Assembly: GCA_903835385.1 (NCBI GenBank) | Contig: CAILMQ010000046.1 | Location: 4,861-68,860, forward strand | DNA from: an uncultured Candidatus Micrarchaeota archaeon | GTDB lineage: Archaea; Micrarchaeota; Micrarchaeia; Anstonellales; Bilamarchaeaceae | DNA length: 64,000 bases | Direction of reading: 5' to 3' | Shown here: piece after piece, positions 45,164 through 54,869 of the stretch | Numbering within the stretch: the stretch's first letter is position 1 | Layout of the letters: each line of letters starts with the position of its first letter | Position numbers and translations under genes: made by a program | Notes under the pieces: model-generated | Seen by the model: the letters and a program-made list of their open reading frames with translations, nothing else | The model's database searches: none | What the model was told of the DNA's origin: nothing

Positions 45164-46042
45164 GTGGTCATGATGGCGACTGTCGAGGAATTGGGCGTGA
45201 AGCAGAGGGTGCAGTGGTGCCCCGGCTGCGGGAACATGGGCGTCCTTGCCGCCCTCAAGGGGGCGCTGGCCGAACTGGGCCTGAACAGGCATGAGACCGT
45301 CATCGTGTCAGGGATAGGCTGTTCGGGAAAGATGCCGCACTACCTGGGCACTTATGGCTTTGAGTCCCTGCACGGCAGGTCCCTGCCCGTTGCATCCGCC
45401 ATAAAGCTCGCGAACACCGGCCTCACCGTGATAGCCGAGGGCGGGGACGGCGACGGCTATGGCATAGGGGTGCAGCACTTCGTACATATCATGAGGAGGA
45501 ATTACGACCTGACATACATCGTGCATGACAACCAGGTGTACGGCCTCACGACAGGCCAGGCGGCCCCTACTGCGCTGCTGGGCATGAAAACAAAGACCAC
45601 GCCCTGGGGCGTGGTCGAAACGCCCTTCAATCCGATTTCAACCGCAATAAACGGAGGCGCGACCTATGTGGCGCGCGGCTTCGCAGGCGACATCCCGCAT
45701 CTCAAGGAACTCATCAAAGGTGCGATTACGCACAAGGGGTTCGCACTGGTGGACGTGCTCCAGCCGTGCGTGACGTTCAATTACCTGAACACCTACCAGT
45801 GGTTCCAGGAGCGGGTGTACAAGCTGGAGGCCGCGGGCCATGACCCCAAAGACAGGGCCGCGGCCATGGAAAAGGCGATGGAGGATTCGAAAAGCGATTA
45901 CAAGAAGGTCCCCATCGGGCTGTTCTACAAGGAGGAGCGGCCGACCTACGAGGAGACGCTTCCCCAGATAAAGGACACGCCGCTGGTGAAGCACGACATA
46001 AGCAACGTGGACATATCAACGGCGTACGAGGATTTGGAGTAG
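45164..46042 (+). CDS. 2-oxoacid:ferredoxin oxidoreductase beta subunit (TPP-binding)
   Basis: WCPGCGNMGVL and GDGDGYGIG motifs. GTG start directly abuts the alpha-subunit stop. Confidence 0.85.
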   Translation: MVMMATVEELGVKQRVQWCPGCGNMGVLAALKGALAELGLNRHETVIVSGIGCSGKMPHYLGTYGFESLHGRSLPVASAIKLANTGLTVIAEGGDGDGYGIGVQHFVHIMRRNYDLTYIVHDNQVYGLTTGQAAPTALLGMKTKTTPWGVVETPFNPISTAINGGATYVARGFAGDIPHLKELIKGAITHKGFALVDVLQPCVTFNYLNTYQWFQERVYKLEAAGHDPKDRAAAMEKAMEDSKSDYKKVPIGLFYKEERPTYEETLPQIKDTPLVKHDISNVDISTAYEDLE

Positions 46043-46051
46043 GAATGGGTG

Positions 46052-46612
46052 CTAATTAGCCGGCGCTCGCCTGAGCGGAGCGGGAATGGGCGCCTGTGCT
46101 TTTCTCCCCTTGGGCCCGCGGCGCCTGATTTGCTTAAGTTGAATGATCAGTGCGTGCGAGTCTGCTGCCAGCGTGGCGCGTTCCGTTCCGTTCAGGCCTG
46201 CACCGGCCATCCGATATTCGGTTCTTGCCCGTGCCAGGTAGGAATCCAACCGGCTTCCCGCTTCCGTAGACCTGGTCCGGCTTTTCTCAGCGGAAATCAG
46301 CTCGACCACCTGGTCCTCTCCCACAAGGTCCCTGAGCACATGGAATGCGGTTTCGCGCACTGCCGCGGCAGCATCCTTCAGCAGGTCCACGAGCTGCGGG
46401 GCGAAGAAAGCCTCCTGCATCCTGCCTATGGAAATGGCCGACCATCTCCTGACGTTCTCGTTCCGGTCCGTCAATACCGAAAGCAGGTGCCCATATTTGG
46501 TTACCGGCAGGCTGACGAGCCTGTCTGCCGCTGCAGAGCATTCCGCCTCGCTGCCCGTTCGGAAAACGCCTATGAGGAATTGTGAGCTGTCGGAATTACG
46601 GATGCTGTCCAT
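46052..46612 (-). CDS. HEAT-repeat (PBS-lyase-like) protein
   Basis: Repeats of the type LTDRNENVRRWSAISIGRM and LLKDAAAAVRETAFHVLRDL. Confidence 0.55.
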   Translation of the reverse strand: MDSIRNSDSSQFLIGVFRTGSEAECSAAADRLVSLPVTKYGHLLSVLTDRNENVRRWSAISIGRMQEAFFAPQLVDLLKDAAAAVRETAFHVLRDLVGEDQVVELISAEKSRTRSTEAGSRLDSYLARARTEYRMAGAGLNGTERATLAADSHALIIQLKQIRRRGPKGRKAQAPIPAPLRRAPAN

Positions 46613-46731
46613 GGACAGCGCGATTTCATCAGCCAGAATATCTCCCCTTTCCTGTTACTCTTTTCTTGTTACTATTTATGTAAAAATATTTATAAAGGGA
46701 ACTGGGGAATGCGAAAGCAATTTAAGCACTT

Positions 46732-47427
46732 ATGTTTATCAATAATCACATGTTTGAAAACCTGAAACCGCGGAACCCCGGTCCGGAGATGCTCAGGGCA
46801 CTGGAAGAAAGGATGCGCGCACCGAAATGGGGAGGGGCGGTTTTCCTGGGCAGGAAAGAATGCCTTCTTGATTTCTGCGAATACGACCGCGAAACCCTGC
46901 GAAGGATAGGGAAAAGGCCGGAAGATATTTCTTCAAGGCTGGACGAACTGACGCGCTCATATAAGGGCGAGTGCATGCGGGAGGGCTCATGGAGCAAAAC
47001 GGACTATGACAAGTACGGCGGAAGGGTGCTGCGCAAGGACGGCCTTGTGATAAGCGGAGTGCGTTACCCGACCTATCCGGAGTTCTGCCCCTTTGGCCCG
47101 GAAATCAGGGTAAAAGGCTGGTCCCCTTTGCGCGGGCTGCTGGTTGGGGAGGGCTCAGGAGCGGACCTTTACCAGGCCTGCGAGGGCCAGCAGGACCTCG
47201 GAACATGGGATTTCTACGTGGAGCGGGCGGATAAGGGCGAGGTTATTTTTTTCGGCGACCTGGTGATTCATCTGATTGAAGCGCATCATTTTTCCGAAGG
47301 CCGGGTTACGAAGTACAGGCTGGACCCCCTGCGGGCCGCGTATGTGCTCGGCATGATTGACGAAGCTACGTACGGGGCAGAAAAGCCCAGGGAGAGGCTA
47401 TACGACCCGAACATGTCCGGGGATTAA
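46732..47427 (+). CDS. Orphan protein, 231 aa
   Basis: ORF track. Protein-like composition, no motif recognised. An alternative ATG is at 46750. Confidence 0.5.
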   Translation: MFINNHMFENLKPRNPGPEMLRALEERMRAPKWGGAVFLGRKECLLDFCEYDRETLRRIGKRPEDISSRLDELTRSYKGECMREGSWSKTDYDKYGGRVLRKDGLVISGVRYPTYPEFCPFGPEIRVKGWSPLRGLLVGEGSGADLYQACEGQQDLGTWDFYVERADKGEVIFFGDLVIHLIEAHHFSEGRVTKYRLDPLRAAYVLGMIDEATYGAEKPRERLYDPNMSGD

Positions 47428-47452
47428 AAATCAACAGCGGCAATATTTGTTC

Positions 47453-49039
47453 GTGCAACTCATTCCACGCGCGTACCAGCTTTCCATATTCGAATCCGCC
47501 ATGGCAAGGGGCAACACGCTGGTCGTGCTCCCCACCGGGCTCGGCAAGACACTCATCGCGCTCATGCTCATAAGGCAGAAGATGAAGGAGGGGCGCTGCC
47601 TTTTCCTCACACCCACGAAACCGCTCGCGAAACAGCACGCGGACTCCATAAGGGAAATCCTGGAGCTGGACGAGAAGAGCGTCTCGCTCGTGACAGGGGA
47701 GATGGCGCCCGCAAAAAGGAAGCTGGAGTATGAAAAGGACGTCATTGTCTCCACGCCCCAGACAATTCGCAACGATATCATGCACAACAGGTTCGGCACG
47801 AACTTCAAACTGGTGATTTTTGACGAGGCCCACCGCTCGGTGGGGAATTACGCATACACTTACATTGCGGAAAAGATGAAGGATGAGTCCCTGTTCGTCG
47901 GCCTGACCGCGTCGCCAGGCGGAAGGCGTGAGCGGATAACGGGGGTGCTGGACGCGCTCTTCATAAAGAACATAGAGATACGGACCTCCATTGACCCGGA
48001 CGTGGCGCCATATATCCAGAAAAGCTCCATGAAATGGGTGCCGGTCCGGCTCTCGCCCACGCTCCTGCTCATGAAGCGCGAGCTTGAAACCATGGCCGGG
48101 AAATACGCGAAAAGGCTTTCAGGCATGGGATTCCCAGCCCCGATGAAGCACAAGGGACAGTTCATGATGCTCGGGGAGCGGCTGCGGAACCTGAAGCACA
48201 ACATAAAATACCCGGCCATGCTCTGTTATTATTCCCTGATGCATTTGCTCCACATGTCCGAGCTGCTCGAGACGCAGGGCGTGTTCGCGCTCCAGAGCTA
48301 CCTGGACAAGGTCAAGGAAAAGGACAGCAAGTCTGCCATCGGAATCCTGAAGGAGCCAGGCATGGCCAGGGTGAAGGAGCTTGCCGCTTCCGGCGAGGAG
48401 CATCCTAAGCTGAAGAAGCTCGTGGAGCTGCTCAAAGGCATGAAAGGCAAGAAGACAATAGTGTTCGCGCAATACAGGGACCAGCTGAGGAAGATAGAGC
48501 AGACGCTTAACGCAGAGGGCATCTCCGCGCACATGTTCGTGGGCAAGAAGGACGGCGTCACGCGGAAGATGCAGGAGCAGGCGATAGCGGACTTCAGGAT
48601 TGGAAAATTCGACGTGCTCTGCTCAAGCTCCATAGGCGAGGAGGGGCTGGACATACCGAAAGTCGATTCCGTGATATTCTACGAGCCCATACCTTCCGAG
48701 ATACGCTCCATCCAGCGCAGGGGCAGGGCTGCGAGGCTGCAGGAGGGCGAGGTGATAATCCTCATGACAGAAGGCACGCGGGATGAATATTATCATTGGG
48801 CGTCCACAAGGAAGGAGCAGATGATGAAGACCATACTTGCCGGCATGCAGAGGAAGATGAGGGGCGAAGGCGCCGGGCATGGCGGAACGCAGGGCAAGGA
48901 GCAGGCTGCTGAAAAGAAGGCAACGGCACCGCGAGCAGAAGCCCGGATTGAAAAGCCGAAAACCGGGCCGGAAATTGAAAAACCCAAACCAGTCGCGCAG
49001 CCGGTTCCTGGCCAGAAAAAGATGAGCGATTTCTTCTGA
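47453..49039 (+). CDS. hef: Hef/FANCM-type SF2 helicase (helicase module only) with Lys/Pro/Glu-rich tail
   Basis: LIPRAYQ..., VLPTGLGKT, DEAH (IFDEAHRSVG), and C-terminal SIQRRGRAAR. Start moved to GTG 47453 (or TTG 47447), after the upstream stop at 47427. Confidence 0.8.
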   Translation: MQLIPRAYQLSIFESAMARGNTLVVLPTGLGKTLIALMLIRQKMKEGRCLFLTPTKPLAKQHADSIREILELDEKSVSLVTGEMAPAKRKLEYEKDVIVSTPQTIRNDIMHNRFGTNFKLVIFDEAHRSVGNYAYTYIAEKMKDESLFVGLTASPGGRRERITGVLDALFIKNIEIRTSIDPDVAPYIQKSSMKWVPVRLSPTLLLMKRELETMAGKYAKRLSGMGFPAPMKHKGQFMMLGERLRNLKHNIKYPAMLCYYSLMHLLHMSELLETQGVFALQSYLDKVKEKDSKSAIGILKEPGMARVKELAASGEEHPKLKKLVELLKGMKGKKTIVFAQYRDQLRKIEQTLNAEGISAHMFVGKKDGVTRKMQEQAIADFRIGKFDVLCSSSIGEEGLDIPKVDSVIFYEPIPSEIRSIQRRGRAARLQEGEVIILMTEGTRDEYYHWASTRKEQMMKTILAGMQRKMRGEGAGHGGTQGKEQAAEKKATAPRAEARIEKPKTGPEIEKPKPVAQPVPGQKKMSDFF

Positions 49040-49053
49040 GCATTCCCGTAGAT

Positions 49054-50238
49054 TCATTTCGCCTTCGAGCGCACCTTTCCAGGGCTGGTCTCCATTATGA
49101 ACGCGGTTTCCTCCTCATCAAAACCATAATGCACTGCCACCGCGTCCTGTGATTTCCTGCCCATCTCCCGTATGAGCGGCAGGTATTCCAAAGCGTCGCG
49201 CCGATTCGCGTGCACATGGCTGCCGATTTTCAGGCCTATGGCCTTGAGCATCGCCCTTCTCGCGACAGAGCGGGACATCTCGCGCAGATAATTGGGGAAC
49301 GCGTATTTCGTGAAAACCCGGTAAGGCTCGTCCTTTGACATGGAAACCCCGATTGTGCCCATGTCTATGGCATACCTGAGGTATTCCCAGTTGGATTTCC
49401 TTATCCTGCCGTCGAATATGTCAGAGCGCGAGAGGTAATGGTATGCTAGGGCGAGGTCCGCGGGCTTCGTGAACTCCACCGGTATGTTCTCGTCTATCCA
49501 GAGCTTTATGGATTCGTAGTCAAGGTCCCCGCGTGTCGCCTCCTGGACCTCTTTGATGTCTTTGGCCTTGAATATCAGGCGTATGCGGTTGAACACGTCC
49601 TTTTCCCGGTCGCGCACTCCTATGTTCAGCGCCTGGAGGTCGTTGAGCGCAGAGCGCACATCCCCTGCGCAGTTGTCCACGATTTTTTCCAGCAGCTCCG
49701 CGCCTGCGGGAAGCTTCTCCGCGTCCGCGATTCTTTCCAGCATCCTCCTGATGGCCGGTCTGCTGACCTTTTTCATCTCCAGCAGCTCGCACTCCGAGCG
49801 TATGGAGGAGAAGTTTTTGTCCCATACGCCGGTCGCGGTCACGATTATGGGGCATGCGCATTCGGCGAGTATCCTCGCCACGGCGCCCGCGCCGCCGAAA
49901 TCCTTCCTGCCCTGGAACGCGTCCGCGTCGTCTATGAGAAGAAGCTTGTTGTTCCCGGTGAGGGAGCCTGCCATGGTCGCGCCGTGAAGCACTTTCTCAA
50001 TGCGGGTTTTGTTGCGCAGCTCGGACGCGTTCATCTCGATGAGGTCGAGCTCGAACTCCTTTGCGAGCGCGCACGCGGTCCCTGTCTTGCCGACTCCGGC
50101 CGGACCGTGCAGCAGCAGGGGCCGCTGTTTTCTTCCTGCTATCCAGTTCAAAACCCACTGCCGCACCCTGGCTCGCGCCTCGTCGTTGCCGAGCAGGTCG
50201 TCGAGCTTTTTGGGCGCGTATTTGTCGGTCAGAAGCAT
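49054..50238 (-). CDS. rfcL: Replication factor C large subunit
   Basis: DKYAPKKLDDLLGN, LLLHGPAGVGKT and EMNASELR. The Walker B is DDAD. Confidence 0.85.
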   Translation of the reverse strand: MLLTDKYAPKKLDDLLGNDEARARVRQWVLNWIAGRKQRPLLLHGPAGVGKTGTACALAKEFELDLIEMNASELRNKTRIEKVLHGATMAGSLTGNNKLLLIDDADAFQGRKDFGGAGAVARILAECACPIIVTATGVWDKNFSSIRSECELLEMKKVSRPAIRRMLERIADAEKLPAGAELLEKIVDNCAGDVRSALNDLQALNIGVRDREKDVFNRIRLIFKAKDIKEVQEATRGDLDYESIKLWIDENIPVEFTKPADLALAYHYLSRSDIFDGRIRKSNWEYLRYAIDMGTIGVSMSKDEPYRVFTKYAFPNYLREMSRSVARRAMLKAIGLKIGSHVHANRRDALEYLPLIREMGRKSQDAVAVHYGFDEEETAFIMETSPGKVRSKAK

Positions 50239-50292
50239 GAGCCATGTTTGGAGGGAAGAAAATAAATACTCTTTCGGGTGCTTCTATTTGAC

Positions 50293-50778
50293 ATGGAATC
50301 CGAAGCACGGAAAAGAAGGCCAAAATTCTCACTCGCATACAAAGATGAGTCACTTGCAAGGCTCGTGGGAAAAACCGGCCATAAAACCCTGGCCGCCTGG
50401 GCAATTGACTGCGTTGAGCGCGTACTGCCATATTTTGAGGAAAAATACCCGGAAGACAACCGGCCCCGGAAAGCCATTGAAGCGCTCAGGAAATGGGTAC
50501 GCACCGGCATATTCAGGATGGCGGACGTGCGCAAGGCCGCGCTTGACGCCCATGTGGCAGCCCGCGAGGTCGGAGGGGACGATGCGGCCCGCTCTGCTGC
50601 CCGTGCCGCAGGCCAGGCAATGGCAACCGCACACGTGCCCACCCATTCCATCGGCGCTGCGAATTACGCCCTGCAGGCCGTCCGTAGGGCCTCGGACCCC
50701 TCGGATGCCGATGCTGCCGTAGCCAAAGAACGAAAGTGGCAATACCAGCACTTACTCAGCCTTTCCAGAACTCCTTGA
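50293..50778 (+). CDS. All-alpha orphan protein resembling Imm-5-like putative immunity proteins (tentative)
   Basis: Pattern AAWAIDCVERVLPYFE...DNRPRKAIEALRKWVRTG...AAREVGGDDAARSAARAAGQAMATAH, recalled from that family and not verified. Start moved to Met6. Confidence 0.4.
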   Translation: MESEARKRRPKFSLAYKDESLARLVGKTGHKTLAAWAIDCVERVLPYFEEKYPEDNRPRKAIEALRKWVRTGIFRMADVRKAALDAHVAAREVGGDDAARSAARAAGQAMATAHVPTHSIGAANYALQAVRRASDPSDADAAVAKERKWQYQHLLSLSRTP

Positions 50779-52591
50779 CGTATTTTTCCGGCTCGCCAGT
50801 CATGATGAACTGCGTGCCGGAATCGAACACGGACCTGTAGTTCTTCCAGGCGAAGCGCTCGTCCATGTAGACCACGGCGCAGCGGTCCGTCTCCTTCCTT
50901 ATGCCTCTTCCGGCGGCCTGCATGGCCTTGACTACCGCCGGCCACATGTAGCCGTATTCCCAGCCCCTGCCGAATTTCTCCTGGTAGTAGTCTATGAGCG
51001 CCTGGATTTCCAGGCTCATCTCCTCCAGCGCGACGCCCACTATGACCGCGGTCCTGATTTCCCCGTTGCAATAATCTATGCCCTCGGACATGCTCCCGCC
51101 CTGCACGCCGACAAGCACTCCCCCGTTCCCGAACCTCCGCAGCAGCTCCGCGACCTCGTCCGGGCTCGCGCTCTCGCGCTGGATGTGGAGGTTGCCTGAC
51201 TTGATGAAGGGAAGCACCGCGTTCTGCACTGCGTAAGAGGGGAAGAAAACCGCGGTGCCGCCCGGAGTGTTGCCTATTATGCGGTCTATCTGCCCTGCCA
51301 TTGAGGCATAGTTTTCGGTTTTGCGTTCCGTGTACCGTGTCGTGTGGCCCTGGGCCAGGAGGTGCATGGTGTTGTTCCGGTCAAAGGGCGAGGGATAGCT
51401 TTTCATGACGGTGTTTTCCGCGTCCAGGCCGAGCGTGTCCCTGTGCATCTCAAGGGGCAGGAGCGTGCCGGACATCAGGATTGCGGAATGGCACCGGTTG
51501 AGCACCGAGGTGGCCACGGACGGGTCCAGGAAGCGCTTGGAGAGCGCGAACCATCCGTCCTTTCCCTTGAGTATCCTCACCACACCCTCCTCCTCGGTTT
51601 TCCAGCCTGCAATGAACCTGGATATGCGCAGGCAGGCGGACTTCCTGTTGGTGCGCTCCACCAGCTCCAGCCCGAGTTCCTCGAAATGCTTCGCGAGCAG
51701 GTCCTGTTCCTTTCCGAAATCCGTTAGCAGGTTGTCGAACCCGAGCCTGGACACGAGCTTTTCCTTTGTTTTCCCGAGGCGCTCCTGCGCCCATTTGTTG
51801 AACTCCTTTTCCAGCGGAATCTGCTCAGCGCCCAGGAACCGCATCTCCTTTTCCGCCCTTGCGAACACGAAACTCGAGACCGAGGACGACAAATGCTCGC
51901 GCACGCGCCTTGCCAGGTTGTGTGCCTCGTCCACAATCACGATTGAGTTCTCGATCTTCTTTTTCGTCTTGAGAAGCAATATGTCGCGTATCTCGGGTAT
52001 CATGAAATGGTAATAGTCCGCGATTATCACGTTCGACGCCCCTGCGAGCTTTATCAGCCATTCATAGGGGCAGCAGCCGGTCTGCTCACCGAGCTTGACA
52101 ACATCCTGGTGCGGCCGGGCCGCGCCGTAGTTGTCGAGCATTTTTTTGAAAAGCATGTTCGCCTTCGCTTCCTGCACCCTGTTGAATCCCTTGGCGTTCG
52201 CGTAGAACGCGCATGCCTCCTTCTTGCGCTTCTTTTCGCAGGACTGGTAGAAGCCGTCGTGGTCCAAATCATGGAGCACCGGGTCTATGCATGCGTGCCT
52301 GCGGCCGATCAGGTCCACGGCCCGGATGCCCAGCCTGTGCTTGGCGGCGATTCCGTTCACCACGTCAACCGCGATTTTGTGCTGCGAGATTTTCGGGGTC
52401 AGGAAGAATATCGCCATGTCGGTCTCGTGGGCGTAGGATATCGCCGCTGACAGCACGGCATCGGTTTTCCCGCATCCCGTGGCCGCGTTGGCGAGAAGGA
52501 CCTTTCCCGAGCTGAGCGCGTCGAATGCATCCTCCATCAGCTCCTGCTGATGGGGCCTGGGGGCATGGTGCCTGAAAAAGAATTCGGCCAC
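50756..52591 (-). CDS. xpd: XPD/Rad3-type Fe-S DNA helicase
   Basis: ANAATGCGKT and DEAHNL motifs, plus Cys residues in the Fe-S region (ACIDP..., C-x-KKRKKEAC). Start moved from ATG 52681 to GTG 52591 (see finding), which removes the overlap with purD. Confidence 0.85.
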   Translation of the reverse strand: MAEFFFRHHAPRPHQQELMEDAFDALSSGKVLLANAATGCGKTDAVLSAAISYAHETDMAIFFLTPKISQHKIAVDVVNGIAAKHRLGIRAVDLIGRRHACIDPVLHDLDHDGFYQSCEKKRKKEACAFYANAKGFNRVQEAKANMLFKKMLDNYGAARPHQDVVKLGEQTGCCPYEWLIKLAGASNVIIADYYHFMIPEIRDILLLKTKKKIENSIVIVDEAHNLARRVREHLSSSVSSFVFARAEKEMRFLGAEQIPLEKEFNKWAQERLGKTKEKLVSRLGFDNLLTDFGKEQDLLAKHFEELGLELVERTNRKSACLRISRFIAGWKTEEEGVVRILKGKDGWFALSKRFLDPSVATSVLNRCHSAILMSGTLLPLEMHRDTLGLDAENTVMKSYPSPFDRNNTMHLLAQGHTTRYTERKTENYASMAGQIDRIIGNTPGGTAVFFPSYAVQNAVLPFIKSGNLHIQRESASPDEVAELLRRFGNGGVLVGVQGGSMSEGIDYCNGEIRTAVIVGVALEEMSLEIQALIDYYQEKFGRGWEYGYMWPAVVKAMQAAGRGIRKETDRCAVVYMDERFAWKNYRSVFDSGTQFIMTGEPEKYVKEFWKG

Positions 52592-52613
52592 GGATGAATT
52601 TGCGTGTGAAACG

Positions 52614-52619
52614 TTATAA
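52614..52619. promoter_or_regulatory. Palindromic TATA box TTATAA shared by divergent xpd and purD
   Basis: Centre 52616.5 lies 26.5 nt from purD ATG 52643 and 25.5 nt from GTG 52591 on the opposite strand. Confidence 0.5.
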
Positions 52620-52642
52620 GTCTTGCCTGTTTTATCCCACCC

Positions 52643-53905
52643 ATGCGCATACTCCTTGTCGGGGACGGAGCGCGGGAGCACGCCATCGCGAAACGGCTCG
52701 CGCGCGGGGCGACATTGTTTTCCGTCATGGGGAGGAAGAATCCCGGCATCGCGTCAGTGTCCCACTCGTCCTTCGTGTGCCCTGCCATTGCTGTGGAGGC
52801 TATCGGCGCATGGGCGATACGGAACCGGGTGGAGCTCGCCTTCGTGGCGAGCGAGGCCGCGCTCCAGTGCGGGCTCACGGACGCGCTCGCGGACGCGGGC
52901 ATCTTGCTCGCATGCCCGACCTCGGCCGGAGCCGCCCTTGGCAACAACACGCTTTATGCAAGCGGGCTCATGGAAGCGGCGAAAATAAAGACGGCCGAGC
53001 GCAGGGTGTGCAGGAACGAGACCGACATCCGCAAGGCGCTGCGCAGCCTCGGCCCGGCGGTGGTGAAGCCGGCCATACGCACCGAGGCCAGGGGCGCGAT
53101 GTTCAGCGAGATGGATTTCAGGAGCGCGGGCGAGCTGGCCGCCCACTGCAAAAAACTGATAAAGCGCCATGGCGCGGTGGTGCTGGAGCGGGCCGCGACC
53201 GGGAACGTCTTTTCGCTGCAGGCGTTCACAGACGGCAGGAATCTCTCCGCCATGCCACCGGTCCATGTCGCGTTCCGCAGGAACGAAGATGACAAAGGGG
53301 CGCTGACCGAAGGCATGGGCGGCTTTTCCACCGGCGCGCTCCTGCCTTTCATGAGCCAGAATCACTGCGATGCGGCGCGGGGGGCGCTCGCTGCCATCGT
53401 GGGCCAGCTGCGCAGGCGCGGAATAATTTACCGCGGCGCGCTGTGCGGCAGGTTCCTGGTGTCCGGAAAGGAAGCCAGGATGCTTGACATCAATTCCACG
53501 CTCGGCACCGTGGAGGCCATCTGCAACATGGGCTCGCTTTGGGGCGACCTGTCCGAGGTCCTGTTTTCCGTGGCCCAGGACAACCTCAGGCATGCGGCCT
53601 TCGACAACATGGCGAGCGTGGCGCGGTTCGCCGTGCATGCGGGCTACCCGCAGGGAAGGCAGAAGGCGGAAACAATAGAAATCGACGAGCGCGCGGTGTG
53701 GGACAGCGGCGCCAGCACGTTTTTCGAATCCGTGGAGCGCGTTGAAGGGAGCTACGTGGCGCGCGGGGGCAGGGCGCTGGCCGTAGCAGCGAAAGGCGCT
53801 GATTTGGGCGAGGCCGGGCAGAGGGTGGAGTCAGCCATGGCCGCCATAAATGGAAACCTGCGCTCCAGGAACGACATAGGCGTTTGGAGGAAGGGGCGCG
53901 GATGA
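52643..53905 (+). CDS. purD: Phosphoribosylamine-glycine ligase
   Basis: MRILLVGDGAREHAIA N-terminus followed by an ATP-grasp body. Confidence 0.85.
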   Translation: MRILLVGDGAREHAIAKRLARGATLFSVMGRKNPGIASVSHSSFVCPAIAVEAIGAWAIRNRVELAFVASEAALQCGLTDALADAGILLACPTSAGAALGNNTLYASGLMEAAKIKTAERRVCRNETDIRKALRSLGPAVVKPAIRTEARGAMFSEMDFRSAGELAAHCKKLIKRHGAVVLERAATGNVFSLQAFTDGRNLSAMPPVHVAFRRNEDDKGALTEGMGGFSTGALLPFMSQNHCDAARGALAAIVGQLRRRGIIYRGALCGRFLVSGKEARMLDINSTLGTVEAICNMGSLWGDLSEVLFSVAQDNLRHAAFDNMASVARFAVHAGYPQGRQKAETIEIDERAVWDSGASTFFESVERVEGSYVARGGRALAVAAKGADLGEAGQRVESAMAAINGNLRSRNDIGVWRKGRG

Positions 53906-54615
53906 GATTCCTCTACAACGCGCCCGCCATTTTACACAATAAGGCGCTTATCATCGGCGACACCCACTTCGGCATGGAGGACCGGCTGAGGCAAGAGGGC
54001 ATTTTTGACGAGGAGTTCAGCGAAAGGATTTTCATCAGGATAAAGGAACTGCTCGCGGAAACCAGGGCGGAGAAACTCATAATCCTGGGCGACGTCAAGG
54101 AGAGGATAACCGCGCTGGACCCCAGAACCGCGGACATCCTTGCGAAGCTCAGCCTGCTCTGCGAGCTTATCATCGTGCGCGGCAACCACGACGGCGGAAT
54201 AGAGGGGTGCGCGGCGAAAATCGTGCCTTCGGACGGTTTCGTGCATGGCAGGCTCGGGCTCGTGCACGGCCATGGCTGGCCCTCTAAGGAATGCATGGCC
54301 GCGGAATACCTCGTGAGCGCGCACCAGCACCCGCAGCTCTCGCTGGTGGACAGGTCGGGGAGGCGGCACGGCGAACCGGTGTGGATGCTCGCAACTCCTG
54401 ACGCAAAGAACATCGCGGCGCACTACAAGGAGTTCAACAAAAAAATCAGGCTCGTGCTCATGCCCGCGTTCAATCCGCTGGTTGGAGCGTCGTTCACGGC
54501 CGCCGGAGCGCGCATGGGACCCCTGCTGAGCAATAACCTATTTAAAATGGACGCCGCATCGGTATATCGTCTTGATGGAACATTGCTGGGCGAACTGAAA
54601 AATATCAAAGGTTGA
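53902..54615 (+). CDS. Calcineurin-like metallophosphoesterase
   Basis: Motifs GDTHFG, LGDV, GNHD and HGH. ATGA overlap with the purD stop, GGAGGAAGGGG SD. Confidence 0.8.
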   Translation: MRFLYNAPAILHNKALIIGDTHFGMEDRLRQEGIFDEEFSERIFIRIKELLAETRAEKLIILGDVKERITALDPRTADILAKLSLLCELIIVRGNHDGGIEGCAAKIVPSDGFVHGRLGLVHGHGWPSKECMAAEYLVSAHQHPQLSLVDRSGRRHGEPVWMLATPDAKNIAAHYKEFNKKIRLVLMPAFNPLVGASFTAAGARMGPLLSNNLFKMDAASVYRLDGTLLGELKNIKG

Positions 54616-54620
54616 TTCCC

Positions 54621-54869
54621 ATGGGAAAGCGAAGGGGGCGAGAGCGCCTTGAATCGTGCTGCTCGTGCGGCAGGACCATACCGCGCGACAAGGCTATATC
54701 CTACACTATGAGGAGCAGGTTCTCGACGGACCTGCCTACCGGAGACAACGTGACCGCATTTTCTGAAAACGATGTCTACTATTGCATAAGCTGCGCCAAG
54801 CACAAGGGAATCTTCGAAAAGAAGCGTGAACAGGCTCAGCGCAGGAGGGAGCGCGCAGAGGGATTCTGA
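54621..54869 (+). CDS. rps26e: Ribosomal protein S26e
   Basis: MGKRRGRE...CSCGRTIPRDKAI...YYCISCAKHKG zinc-ribbon pattern typical of eS26. Confidence 0.8.
   Translation: MGKRRGRERLESCCSCGRTIPRDKAISYTMRSRFSTDLPTGDNVTAFSENDVYYCISCAKHKGIFEKKREQAQRRRERAEGF

Noticed and set aside
50756-52681. Head-to-head 39-nt overlap of xpd and purD, read as a genuine overlapping-gene arrangement
   Set aside because: It is more simply explained by a downstream GTG start for xpd at 52591, positioned at the standard distance from a shared TATA box.
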